Part shown: positions 10,724-21,953 of the stretch, in pieces
Layout: each line of letters begins with the position of its first letter
Position numbering within the stretch: position 1 is the first letter of the stretch
Origin: Chiloscyllium plagiosum
Lineage: Eukaryota
Length of the DNA stretch: 64,000 bases
NCBI RefSeq assembly: GCF_004010195.1
Contig: NC_057719.1
Coordinates: 86,144,056-86,208,055, forward strand
Direction: 5' to 3'
Made by a program: the position numbers and the translations under genes
The notes under the pieces: generated by a model
Seen by the model: only the letters and a program-made list of their open reading frames with translations
Databases searched by the model: none
What the model was told of the DNA's origin: nothing

Positions 10724-13700
10724 CTCAATTGACATGACTCATTCCTGGAACCAGTCTAGTAATTTGCTTCTGCACTTTTTCCAATGCATTCACATCCTTC
10801 GTATAATTTTGTTCCCACAACTGCTAACAATACTACAGCTGAATCTAACAAATATTTTGTTAAAAGATAAGATTGGAAGAATTGCTTGTCAAAACTGACC
10901 GTGAAAGTTAATTCTGGGATTCAAAGTTATCCAACTAGGAAAGCAGAAGGGAAGTAACCCAAAAGAAACCAGAACCAACTGTGCACTTTTCCCTATTTTT
11001 TCTGTGGACAGTGCTTTCTGTGACAACTATAAAGGAGAAGGCCCGTTGTCTCCTAGTGTAAATACGTCTTCTTTTTGGTAAAACAATCTAAGCCTTTGCT
11101 TGATTCAAAACCATCCAAACCATGTTTAGGAAGACAGCAGAACAGGTCACATGACCTCCATAACTTAACCTAAATTTAGAAAAGAAGTCTCAAAAATTAC
11201 CAAATAAATCTCAATTTTTAACCAAAGTTATCTATATTTTAGAAGTCAGAGCAATGACTTGAATAGTTTAAATGATTATTTAATGACTTCAACAGCTACA
11301 AAAATGAACTTATTTAGTTCCATTGTTACTATTTTTCATAACCAGGAAATATGGTAGATTGATAAATTTCACTGTCAAAATCTTAAGCTACTGAATAATT
11401 AGTTGTTGCCTGGACATTGTACCCTGTGTTTATACTGTACTTCTCAGTTTATTTTCTCTAAAGAGTAATGAACAAACATGGTGCCATGTGGAATTTAGAT
11501 TATCTCCACCAAGTGAAAGCTAGATTATGATCACCTTTTGCAACAATCAATGACTTGTAACTATAATGAGAATCACAATGATCTCCTGCACTAGCTAAAA
11601 CAAGCCATTACATGGGATATGTTTGGGGTAGGCTAATTAGATCAGTCTATCTTTTTCTGCCAATCTTCTATGTACAGTAAGTTGACTGTTATCATCCCCA
11701 GATCATTATCATTCGAACTGAAACTGGGCAGTCAAAGGCACCTTTTGGATTATGGCGGGGAGATGTGAGTTCCATTTCTCAGACCGGCTGGTGAAACTAA
11801 AGCTGAAAGGATATGCAAAAACCTTAAAGCCATGCCGTTAACATTCAATGTAATGCCACCAATGACAGCACACATTTTAAGTTATTATTATTGTCTCTCT
11901 TTCATTAGTAGAACTGGAAATGGCACAAATGATGCCTGGCTTTTTCCACTCTCCACTGTGCTCAAGAACAAGAAGGCATGCCCCCTTTAATGCAGCAGTT
12001 CTAACGGAAATTCTATTGGGGTTAGCGTGTGCGTGTTGACAATGGACAAAATTAGACTCAGCTGTTAATACCCCCACAGCTGAGTATCCTCCTGGCACTA
12101 GCTGCTTGAACATCAGCTGTGAAGAATGGCACACTTCCAGGAAAACTTACACTTTGGGAAATGAGAGAGAAAAACTTACATAAAAAAGCATTGCCAATGC
12201 TGAATTAAAATCAGAAAACGGTGGAGAAACTTGGCAGATCCGGCAACAGCTGTGGACAGAGGACCAGAGTTAATGTTTTGAGTCCGGTATGATTCTTCTT
12301 CCTGTTTGGAAAAAAAGTCATGTCAGACTCAAAATGTTAACTTTGAAATAACTTACCCAGGGAGTAGAAGTCTTGTGCAGATTGCCACTCTGGTGCTTTT
12401 TCTTTCAAAAGAAGTGAGCTCTGCATTTCTGAAAGAAGATTCTGTTTAGGTCTCCCTCAGAAATGTGAAGTAATATTTCCAAGTCTTCCAGTTCTTTAGT
12501 AGTGTGAACTTTCAGAGGAATACAAAGTGTGCCACCTTTTCAAAGCAGTTAGCTGCCGCATTCTGAAATGTAATGCTCCTGAAGGCCATTTTGACAGATG
12601 CATTCAAATTGTATGTACATAAGGTAAGTGTGATGTTGGGTTCTGGGAGGGTAGGATGCCAGATGGGTCGGAGTAAAAGATGCAAGGTGACAAAAGGGAG
12701 CAGGTAAGTGATGCGCTATCAGGGTCGGTGAAAGAAAAAAGAGCTGGTTTGGGGGTGAGGGTGATGGGTTCCAGCCTGGGGGTTTTGAGTCTGGTGATAG
12801 GAGGGGAATGGTTGGTTGGGTCTAGCAGGTGGCAGTCAGTTAACGGTCTGGGGTGTCTACGTGGTCCAGATTTGGTGTAGTTGGGGTGTGAGGTAGGTAT
12901 GGGGTCCATTTAATATTTACTCGAGAGTTAGACTGTGAATTAAGATTTCTGGAGGAACCTTATTGGCAAGGCATTGCCAGCAGAAAATTCAATCTCCTGG
13001 GCAATGCTTTGAAGTACACTATGATGCCTGGCTTTTTCAACTCTTCATTGCGCCACATTCTCACAGGGTCCCCATGCACAACTCCCATCAACACTGGAAT
13101 AACAAGCATCTGTCCAGGAGAATACTTGTCACTTTGTTTCCCTCTCCAAAGATGGTCCCAGATCTGCAGAGATACTCCAACACTTTCTGATTTTATTCCA
13201 AACCTATAAATGACTCCCAAAGATTGAAATTAATCAGAATAAGCAATCTTCAAAACAGCAACTGAAGGAATTGCAAAATAATCTCCAACTCAATGTCCTA
13301 TTTTTGTGGTTGTAAATACAACATAATGGTTAGCGAGGTTATTGATAATTTCTAATTCCTCCTTTTATGGATCGTTTACATTCTGAATGCTCTAGGTACA
13401 TTGACAGGAGTGCAGGGGATGGGAGATTTTTTTTGGGAGGGTCAGCAATTCTTCTCTGTAAATATTATCATGTAATCAGATTCAGAATTGAACTTGGACC
13501 ATTGAAACAATGTAAGCAGAAATATTCAGAAAAAGGAAGTTAAGAGGCTGACTTGGCTGTTTGACTACAAAAACATTCCATGTTCCGTTACTGGCCAAAG
13601 GTCAGATTTTTGCCCTCACTGAAAGACAAGTGATTTAATTTTGTGTCCCTAATATACTATAAGGCCCTCTTTGTCAAACACAGAATGGCTATTGTGCTTA

Positions 13701-15249
13701 TGTATTCATGTTAGGGATGTCATTTTTCACTTTTACTTTGCTGTCCTCCTTTTCAAACTTCCATGGTACAATGAGAAGTGCATTTACCATCTGAATATTG
13801 GTTTCATAATGATAACCATGGTAGATATCATCAATTGTTGTAAAAAAAACCCATCTGGTTTCCTCATAATCTTGACAGAAAGAAATCTGCCGTCCTTACT
13901 TGGTCTAGCCTGCATATGACTCCAGACCCAAGCAACATGGTCAACTCTTACCTGCCCCCTTAAAAGACTCAGCAAACCATACCCACATCCCACAAAAGAA
14001 TAAGAAAATAAATGAGTTAGTGCTGATTGTAGGTAAACTAGGTTTCTAAGGTAGCCTAGAACGGATCCAGACATTGTTTGATGCATGGTGGTTCAGTGAA
14101 TGAGGAAGTGAGATACCTAATAACATTGCATGGACTCTGCACCAACTCATCACTCCATCAGCTTGTACAGCCTCACATTTTAAGTACAGGATGGAAAACA
14201 CAGGCTTAAAATAACTCAAGGGGGAGATTTCTGGATGCCATGGGTGCCTTGACTGATGGATGGAAGGCTATGTTATGAACCAATCAGTTGGTTAAATGGA
14301 CATTAGCGCAGCTTTCACACTATCAGGATGTCGGCTATAAGTGGGAGGAGGTGGTTTCACCTGTCATGAGCAACGAGTAATCAGAAGCTGCCAACTTTTC
14401 TGCTCAATACTGCCACCATAAGAATTAATCGTACATTTGAAGGCCTCATTTAGGGTCAGGGTAAAAAGGCTGTCCATGGGCCAGAGACATAAATGGGATG
14501 AAAGTGAGAATGTGAGAGGGAACAACCCCTAATGCCCCACCCCACCTCCCATCACCCAACTGCCACCCTGTCCGACTAAATGTTCTCCCTTCCTCCAAAC
14601 ATGCAACAGGGCAGAGTATAACTATCCAAAGTATAGAATACTGAGCGTGTGGACCAGGCTCCCAAAAACAGCAACTAAGGTTGAAACTACTTCAGAAAAG
14701 AAGTTGGATTCAATGTCTGATGGGGATGGGACTGGCAGTTACAGGGATAGGTGCTGCACTGCCCAATGGAATTAATGGGTAAGGGAAATGTATTTGTAGA
14801 GGGCAACAAGCCAGTATAATTTAAAGTAGTTAAAGCCTTATTCAGAATTCTGCTGGTCATTGAGTATTCTGGCATCCTCCACATGGCCAATACAAGCCCT
14901 TCAGCTTCACCACTCCATGACACCTGACAATACAAATGTGCATCGAAAATTATGAATAAACTTAATATGGACTGAATTATAAATAAAACATCGTTTATCA
15001 TATTTTATTACAATTGAACAATAACTGTGCTTCACGTGCTCAAAAAAGTGGCTTATAAATTTACCCAATTGTATCACAGCAATCTACTCTCAGTACGTAA
15101 ATACCAAAACAGTGAATAGTTCAATTGGAGTATTTTCTCAGCAAAAACAATCTGAGCTGGCTTTACACACCATCTGAATGTTTTTGTCATTATATTCTTA
15201 TTTCCACGCTAACATTCAAAAATATTGGTTGAGGTGTTAGCTCTTAAAG

Positions 15250-15570
15250 TGTTAATGCTTAGGAGGACAACACAAAAGATTACATGGACGTGAGTGGGAA
15301 GTCAGCTCTGGATCGCAAAGGAAGTGGGCCTAACATCTAAGTTTCATGATGAGTAACAACGTTGATGATACCAATGTAACTCATATGGGAAATAATTTGT
15401 ATAAAACCCCTAAAGACATGTGTGAGACATTCATAGAGGGACTAAGCCAGACTGCAGATACTGAGAGTCTATATGGGCACTGTGGTACAAGAAAACCTCA
15501 TAAGTACAAGCACTGCACAGCTATTAAAGAGGAATGTCCAATCTGTAAAATAATAGGTCACTGGTAGAAG
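15250..15570 (+). mobile_element. Gypsy-like gag relic with zinc knuckle
   Basis: Peptide HCGTRKPHKYKHCTAIKEECPICKIIGHW fits the Gypsy gag pattern CG..H...CPA....C..C.K.GH. Confidence 0.55.
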
Positions 15571-15770
15571 ATATACAGATATAGTGTATATGACAAAGGT
15601 GCAGAACAGCAATGACAATAAACTACTGGGGAGTGTTTATTCCCATTTCAATGGGAATCCATCAACTGATAAGAAGGTGATTTTTGTGATCTTGACTACA
15701 ATTTATCAACAACTCAAATGGATCAATTTTAGCTGCTGCTTTCTGAATCCTAACAAGTGGGAGAATATTT

Positions 15771-16118
15771 CATAGATTCCCTATGGTGTGAAAGCAGGCC
15801 ATTTGACCCATCAAATCCACACTGACCCTCTGAAGATCAATGCAAAAAGACCCAGCCCCATACCCAAAAACCCTGCATTTCCCAAGGTTAACCCACCTAG
15901 CCTGTACATCCCTGAACACTTCAGGACAATTTAGCATGGCCAATCCACCTAACCTGTATATCTTTGGACTGCGGGAGGAAACCGGAGCACCCAATGGAAA
16001 CTCACACAGACACAGGGAGAATGTGCAAATTCCACACAGTCAGTCATCCAAGGATAGAATCAACCAAGGTTCCTGGCACCATGAAGCAGCAATGCTAGCC
16101 ACTGAGCCACCGTGCCAC
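15771..16118 (-). mobile_element. HE1-type V-SINE
   Basis: Same head, V-domain and LINE-derived tail as the other copies. Confidence 0.9.
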
Positions 16119-16956
16119 CTTAATGGAGGGATTAAAATTTCACACCCTAACCCTATTTTTAAATAGGGTCCTTTTTGTGATTAAAGCACAGAGTTCACGT
16201 ATAGAGTGGGCTCCCACAAAAGGCAAGCAGGAACCTATTTGATGTACAGTACTTAAATTTTACTGGCAAAGGCCTGTGTAGTGGGATTTTCAGCCACTGA
16301 GCCAAGGCAGAAGTTTCCAGCTGCCCAAAGTAAGCAGTCTTATTGGCATTCTTGGGGGACAGGAAGTGAATGAGTACTCTAACCAAACTACTCAATGAAC
16401 TCCCCTAGCTTTCCCTGCTCTCAGTCACTACCTGAAGATGGTGCTCTCTTCCTGACTGTAATCCCTTGACAGCATTGTTCCCTCCTAACAACAAACCAGT
16501 CAATGTGGCCTGTTGCCAGAGAGAATCAGTCCTGTAGCATATCAATTATGAATCAGTTACTAGCAGAGACTCTATATCGAGCCACACAGTCTGACCATAA
16601 AAACAGATGGGTGTTAAAATGTGGAACCACAATGTAGCCGACTGCTGAGCTTACAAGGTTGCATGGTGATCACTTTGAGACATTTAAGATCCTGACAGAG
16701 CTTGACAGATTAGATGCTGGAAGAATATTTCCCCTGTGGGAGAGGCTATAACTAGGGGACACTAGATTTCCAATTTAAGATGAGATGAAGATTTTTTTTC
16801 TCTGAAAGGAAAGTACATCCTCAGAAATCTCTTTCCCAGAGAACAGTCAAAGTAGGGTCCATTGAATATTTTTCAGGTAAAGCTAGAGACATCCTTCATT
16901 AACAAGGGAGTTAGTAGTAATCAGGTGTTGTGGAAATGTTGAGCTGAGGCCACAAT

Positions 16957-17300
16957 CATAGTCATAGAGATGTACGGCATGGAAACAGACCCTTCGGTCC
17001 AACCCATCCATGCCGACCAGATATCCCAACCCAGTCTAGTCCCACGTGCCAGCACCCGGCCCATATCCCTCCAAACACTTCCTATTCATATACCCATCCA
17101 AATGCCTCTTAAATGTTGCAATTGTACCAGCGTCCATCACTTCCTCTGGCAGCTCATTCCATACACGGACCACCTTCCATGTGAAAAGGTTGCCCTGTAG
17201 GTCTCTTTTATATCTTTCCCCTCTCACCCTAGACCTATGCCTTCCAGTTCTAGACTCCCCAACCCCAGGGAAAAGATTTTGCCTATTTACCCTATCCATG
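16957..17300 (-). mobile_element. CR1 3' fragment (young), nested in an older + strand CR1 3' end (about 16670-17375)
   Basis: Peptide MDRVNRQNLFPGVGESRTG.H...VRGERYKRDL.GN.FT..VV.VWNELP and tail (ctatga)n. Confidence 0.85.
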
Positions 17301-17735
17301 AAACCCGATCAGACATGACCTTATTGAATGGCAAAGCAGGCTCAAATGGCCAACCCCTACTCCTAATTTGTATGTTTGTAACAAGCCAGCGCAAAATTTC
17401 ACAGCAATCATATTGAAATTCATCCAAATATATTAAAAAGAATGAAAAAAGAGAACAGGAGTAATAGACCAGGGAAATATTGCAAACCAGTACAAGGAAA
17501 GATCATAAGAAATAGGAACAGGAGACTGTTCCACTGGCTGATCCAATATTCCTCACATCCATTTTCCCACACATTCCCCATATCACTCGATTCCCGACTT
17601 GATCAACAACCTATCAATCTCAGTCATAAACATACACAAGGAGCATGAATCCCAACTCTCCATCACACAACAATCAGCCAGTCTAAATGTAACCCACAGC
17701 CTGAGCTACTATATAATAAACAGTATGTCACTCAC

Positions 17736-17936
17736 TGGGGGTCTTTTCCATTCCAACTTGAAAGGGACAGCCACAGAGTAAAAAAGTGAGGACTCGTTAG
17801 CAGGGAATTCGTCATCTTCAAACAAGACACCTTTTCTCAGGCACTCGTCCTTCAACTGCTGAAAGACTTCGCTCTTGTCACATTTAATGTGCTTGTTACG
17901 GTTGATGATAGGATACAATGCTGCTTTGCCCAACAT
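17736..17936 (-). CDS. CAPN3: Calpain-3 alternative first coding exon, muscle p94/NS type (67 codons from the first in-frame ATG; exon probably starts at acceptor 18016)
   Basis: Reads MLGKAALYPIINRNKHIKCDKSEVFQQLKDECLRKGVLFEDDEFPANESSLFYSVAVPFKLEWKRPP, then phase-0 donor CCA|GTGAGT (17736/17735). Matches p94 exon 1 as recalled (IYSAIISRN...KTFEQL.KKCLEKKVLY.DPEFP.DETSLFYSQKFPIQF.WKRPP). The true start codon is uncertain (see findings). Confidence 0.88.
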
Positions 17937-18440
17937 TTTGGTTGACTCTGGACTGGTGGTGATTACTGCACTGAATTGATGACATGAGGCATGGTAACAA
18001 TCACACTGTTTCAAAACTGCAGTAAAAAAGAGATCTATTAATAAGAGAAAAATACACAGGGTGCAGACACAGGAAGGAAACTATTTGATTTCATAGAACA
18101 GAGAAACAGGTTCCTTTTACAACTTATACACATAAGCAAAACATTTCAATCAGTTTCTTTGAGGTAAAAGGCAGAAGTCATTTGGATAGGCTGCTCCACC
18201 AAACAACACCTCTGCGTGGCACAGGGACTTCCAGATTCCTCACAAGGTTCAATGTTTTGTATAATCACAAAACTTCTTCACAGTTTTCCACATTGAAATA
18301 AAAATCAATCATCGACTCGTAGAATGATACCTTTGTTGAACTTTCCAGAATTGGCCTTGGCTCTGTCCCCGTGTCATTCTCTCTCAGCCTTCCCGGCTGT
18401 TCTGGTCTCAATGCAGAAGTGAAACCAGCAAGATCAAACA

Positions 18441-18450
18441 CTAAAAATAG
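18441..18450. promoter_or_regulatory. Consensus MEF2 site upstream of the muscle-type CAPN3 exon
   Basis: CTAAAAATAG is an exact match to CTA(A/T)4TAG, about 425 bp upstream of the exon, in sequence that looks non-repetitive. Confidence 0.6.
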
Positions 18451-20632
18451 TCTTAGACAGGCTGTAGCTTGTGGCCACTATATTTGTTTCTGCAGGCTCC
18501 TTATACAGGGACACAAATACTCAGACACATACTCAGTGTTCATTTATCATTTTTTTTCCTGTTTTTAACAACTTTTCTTCTTCCTCGTGAATGTGTTGTG
18601 GTTACAGTATAACAGTAACTGGCAAATGCACATTTCTTTTAAGCAAGGATCAGTTAGGAACCTTTTCATTTTACTCAGTAATTGAGCTTAATAGTGGGAT
18701 GGATGAGAGGATAAGTGTAGTGGAAAAGAGGGTATGAGCATGAATGGGGAGGTAGTAGGGTGAGCAATACAGTTATGAGAATAATGGGTGATGGATGAGT
18801 GCAGTGGGTAAGAGGTTGGGTGGAATAGATGAGGGGTTAAAGGGGTGAGTGATGGATAAAAGGGGTGAAAGGAGTGCCTGAGGGTGAGCCCACTCGGCAC
18901 GGGGTGGAAGGGTGTCAGAGTATGATATTGGTGGTGACAGGGGATTGAGACAGCTGTCAAAGGGTGAGCGGGATGAGTGAGGAGAGATTGAATAGATTAG
19001 TCAAATGGGCAGTGGATTAGACAGGTGGACTGGAATGAGTAGATTGGGCTTGGAGGATGTGTGTAGTGGGTAGAAATAGGAATCAGGTGGGTACAAGAGT
19101 GAATGCAGAAGTTCAAATCAGCTGCCAAGTTCTGTTAGTTCAGTGGAATCTCACATAGTGTCACTCACTGAGGCATGTCAGGCACACGTTTACACTTTAT
19201 CATTGATTCCCACTCTGACTTATTTTATTCACTGACTCAGACTTTCACTTAGTGCGTCTCATTGTCATTCAGTAACTTATTCTCCTACCATCACACTATT
19301 ATTCTCATGTTAACTTACTCTCAATCTCACATAATTGCAATTTCATTCACTCATGTCTTCAATCGCTACTCATATTCTCAGTCACTTTCACAGAATCATT
19401 TACTCACTCCTGCCTTCTCTCAGTATCTCATCACTTTTAGAATCACAGTAATTTACTCCTTTATTGTTGTTCGCCCATTCTCCACAGTCTCATTGTCTCT
19501 TAGTCACTCCCATATTCAATCACTCAGTCTGGCCAGGGTGGAAAGAGGCTCTCGCCCACTGGTAGCAGAATTAGTGGGGATCCCTGCCAGTTCAGTATGG
19601 GAAGCCCAATAGAATCAAGTATCCTTCAGGCACTTACATGGCAATAGATAAGCCTTGCCTGCATTTGACGATCCTGATGGCAGAAGTCCCAGAGAGAGCT
19701 GCACAACTCCTGATGCCACTAGCATCAGCACGAGTGGTGGCTGCTGCTGGAACTGCATCCACCTGGACAAAAAGTGAGAGAAGGTAGAATGGGGTTTGCC
19801 AGGATGGAGGAGTGTTACAGACAAGGCAGGGTTTGGCTTTCAGTGACTGGTATCCTCAATGTGGCACAAAATGGGTTCTCAAGAAAGAGATAGCTATAGT
19901 TCTTAGGACCAAAGGGATCAAGAGATATATGGAGAAAGCAGAAAATAGGGTACTGAGTTGGATAATCAACCATGATCATCTTGAATGGCAGAGCAGGCTC
20001 CTGCTTTGTTTCTATGGTGCTCCCTTTTCTATGTGGCCCAATATTTAATTAGGTTGGCTGGGTGGCCTTCCCATGGTCTGGGAAACTAATGCAACGTCCA
20101 TGTAATCTCTGAGCCACTATTAAACTGCAGTAGGCTTAGGGGTAATGGATATTAATTGGCTTATTAATTAGGAAAAGTGACATTTTGCCACTGATGGCCA
20201 GGAATGCTGCACTTTCAACCCCCTCACTTAAATGGGGGAGATTCTGCCATTGTTTAGAGACTGACATGGGGCTCTTCAAACATTAAGTGGGCTTTACTAT
20301 TATGTTTCTCACCTTGATGCACAGCATTAAATCCAGCCCATACTGAGTCATGTGTTCTTTAGTACTCACTCTTATTGAGTGACTTATTGCACTTATCTCT
20401 GGAAAATGTGAACAAAATTGGGAACAGAGAAATGAGCTGGTCTAGATGGTTTCATCCTCCATGCTTGCTCTGCCATTCAAGTCCATGGTTGATCTTTCAT
20501 CTAAATCTCACCTTCCCACACTATTCCCATATCACGTAATTCCCTCAGTACACAAAAATCCATGACTATCCCTCTTGAACATACTAATATTATTTTAGTC
20601 AGTTATGTGCTACACCTCAGTAAAACAAAAAA

Positions 20633-20826
20633 CTGCAGATGCTCGAATTCTAAATCAACATAAATTGCTGGAGAAACTCAGCAGGTCTGGCAGCATCTTC
20701 GGACAGAAAGCACACCAGTTAATGTTTTGATTCCAGTGATCTGTTCTGAAGAAGGGTTGCTGGACTCAAATTGTGAACACGGCTTTCTTTCCACAGATCC
20801 TGCCAGACCTGCTGAGTTTCTCCATC
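20633..20826. mobile_element. Older Penelope-derived palindromic remnant
   Basis: Inverted arms ggagaaactcagcaggtctggcag ... ctgccagacctgctgagtttctcc, with internal ctgaagaagggt..ctggactcaaa (decayed hammerhead core). Confidence 0.7.
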
Positions 20827-21194
20827 AATTTCTGTATGAGTTACACTTCACCGCAGCAGCAGGCTGAAAATCAAGCCCTGCTGTTCCAGGAATAGTCACA
20901 CAAGTTACAGATTTGAACAAGTAAGTAGAATTCCCCAATTTACCTGTCTTTAGACCCAGATTGACAGACCGGGTTTCTGTACTGAACAATCTATTTATTA
21001 TAAACAAATAGACACTTAAAACAAATAGATACTAACAATAGATAAACAACTCAGAATCATCAGCATATAACTCTATATTTAAAATTATATCCTTTTTATA
21101 AACCTTCCCCCAATCCACATATACAGACATAAAGAAGGATATTATGGGCATAGGGAAAAGTTGGAAAGGAAGTTTATTGGTTTCTTTCCACTTA

Positions 21195-21735
21195 GAGTCA
21201 GGGAGCTGTATAGCACAGAAGCAGACCCTTCAATCCAACTCATCCATGTCGACCGGATACCCTAACCCAATCTAGTCCCATTTGCCAGCACTTGGCTCAC
21301 ATACCTCTAAACAGGAGAATCGACGTATCGGGCTTAAGCCCTTCTTCAGGAAGGGCTTATGCCCGAAACGTCGATTCTCCTGTTCCTTGGATGCTGCCTG
21401 ACCCGCTGCGCTTTTCCAGCAACACATTTTCAGCTCTGATCTCCAGCATCTGCAGTCCTCACTTTCTCCTCATATCCCTCTAAACCATTCCTATTCATAT
21501 ACTCATCCAGATGTCTTTTAAATGTTGTAATTGTACCAGCCTCCAACACTTGTCTGACAGCTCATTCCATATACGTACCACCCTCTGCATGAAAACGTTG
21601 CCCCTTAAATCCCTTTTAAATCTTTCCCCTCTCGCCCTAAACCTATACCCTTTAGTTCTGGATTCACCCACTCCAGGGAAAAGACCTTGTCTATTTAAAC
21701 TATCCATGCCCCTCAAGATTTCATGAACCTCGTCC
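21195..21735 (-). mobile_element. CR1 3' fragment interrupted by a Penelope palindromic insert (21313-21470)
   Basis: CR1 peptide ILRGMDSLNRQGLFPGVGESRTKGYRF. The insert is flanked by an imperfect TSD (catacctctaaac / catatccctctaaac). Confidence 0.85.
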
Positions 21736-21766
21736 ACTTCTTCAGGCATGTTTTCTTGTTTGCAGG

Positions 21767-21953
21767 ATTTGGAGATGCCGGTGTTGAACTAGGGTGTACC
21801 AAGTTAAAAATCACACCACCAGGTTATAGTCCAACAGGGTTTATTTGGAAGCACTAGCTTTCGCAACACTGCTCCTTCATCAGGTGGTTGTCAAAGCTAG
21901 TGCTTCCAAATAATCCTGTTGGACCATAACCTGGTGCAGTGTGACTTTTAACC
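21767..21953. mobile_element. Second-family Penelope-derived palindromic remnant
   Basis: gatttggagatgccggtgttg...caggttatagtccaacagg...gctccttcatcag followed by an inverted arm; same family as 48994-49195 and 63140-63350. Confidence 0.8.

Noticed and set aside
16150..16169. MEF2-like CTATTTTTAA within a short palindrome in CAPN3 intron 1
   Set aside because: Sits beside a SINE in what looks like an old repeat; a chance match is likely.
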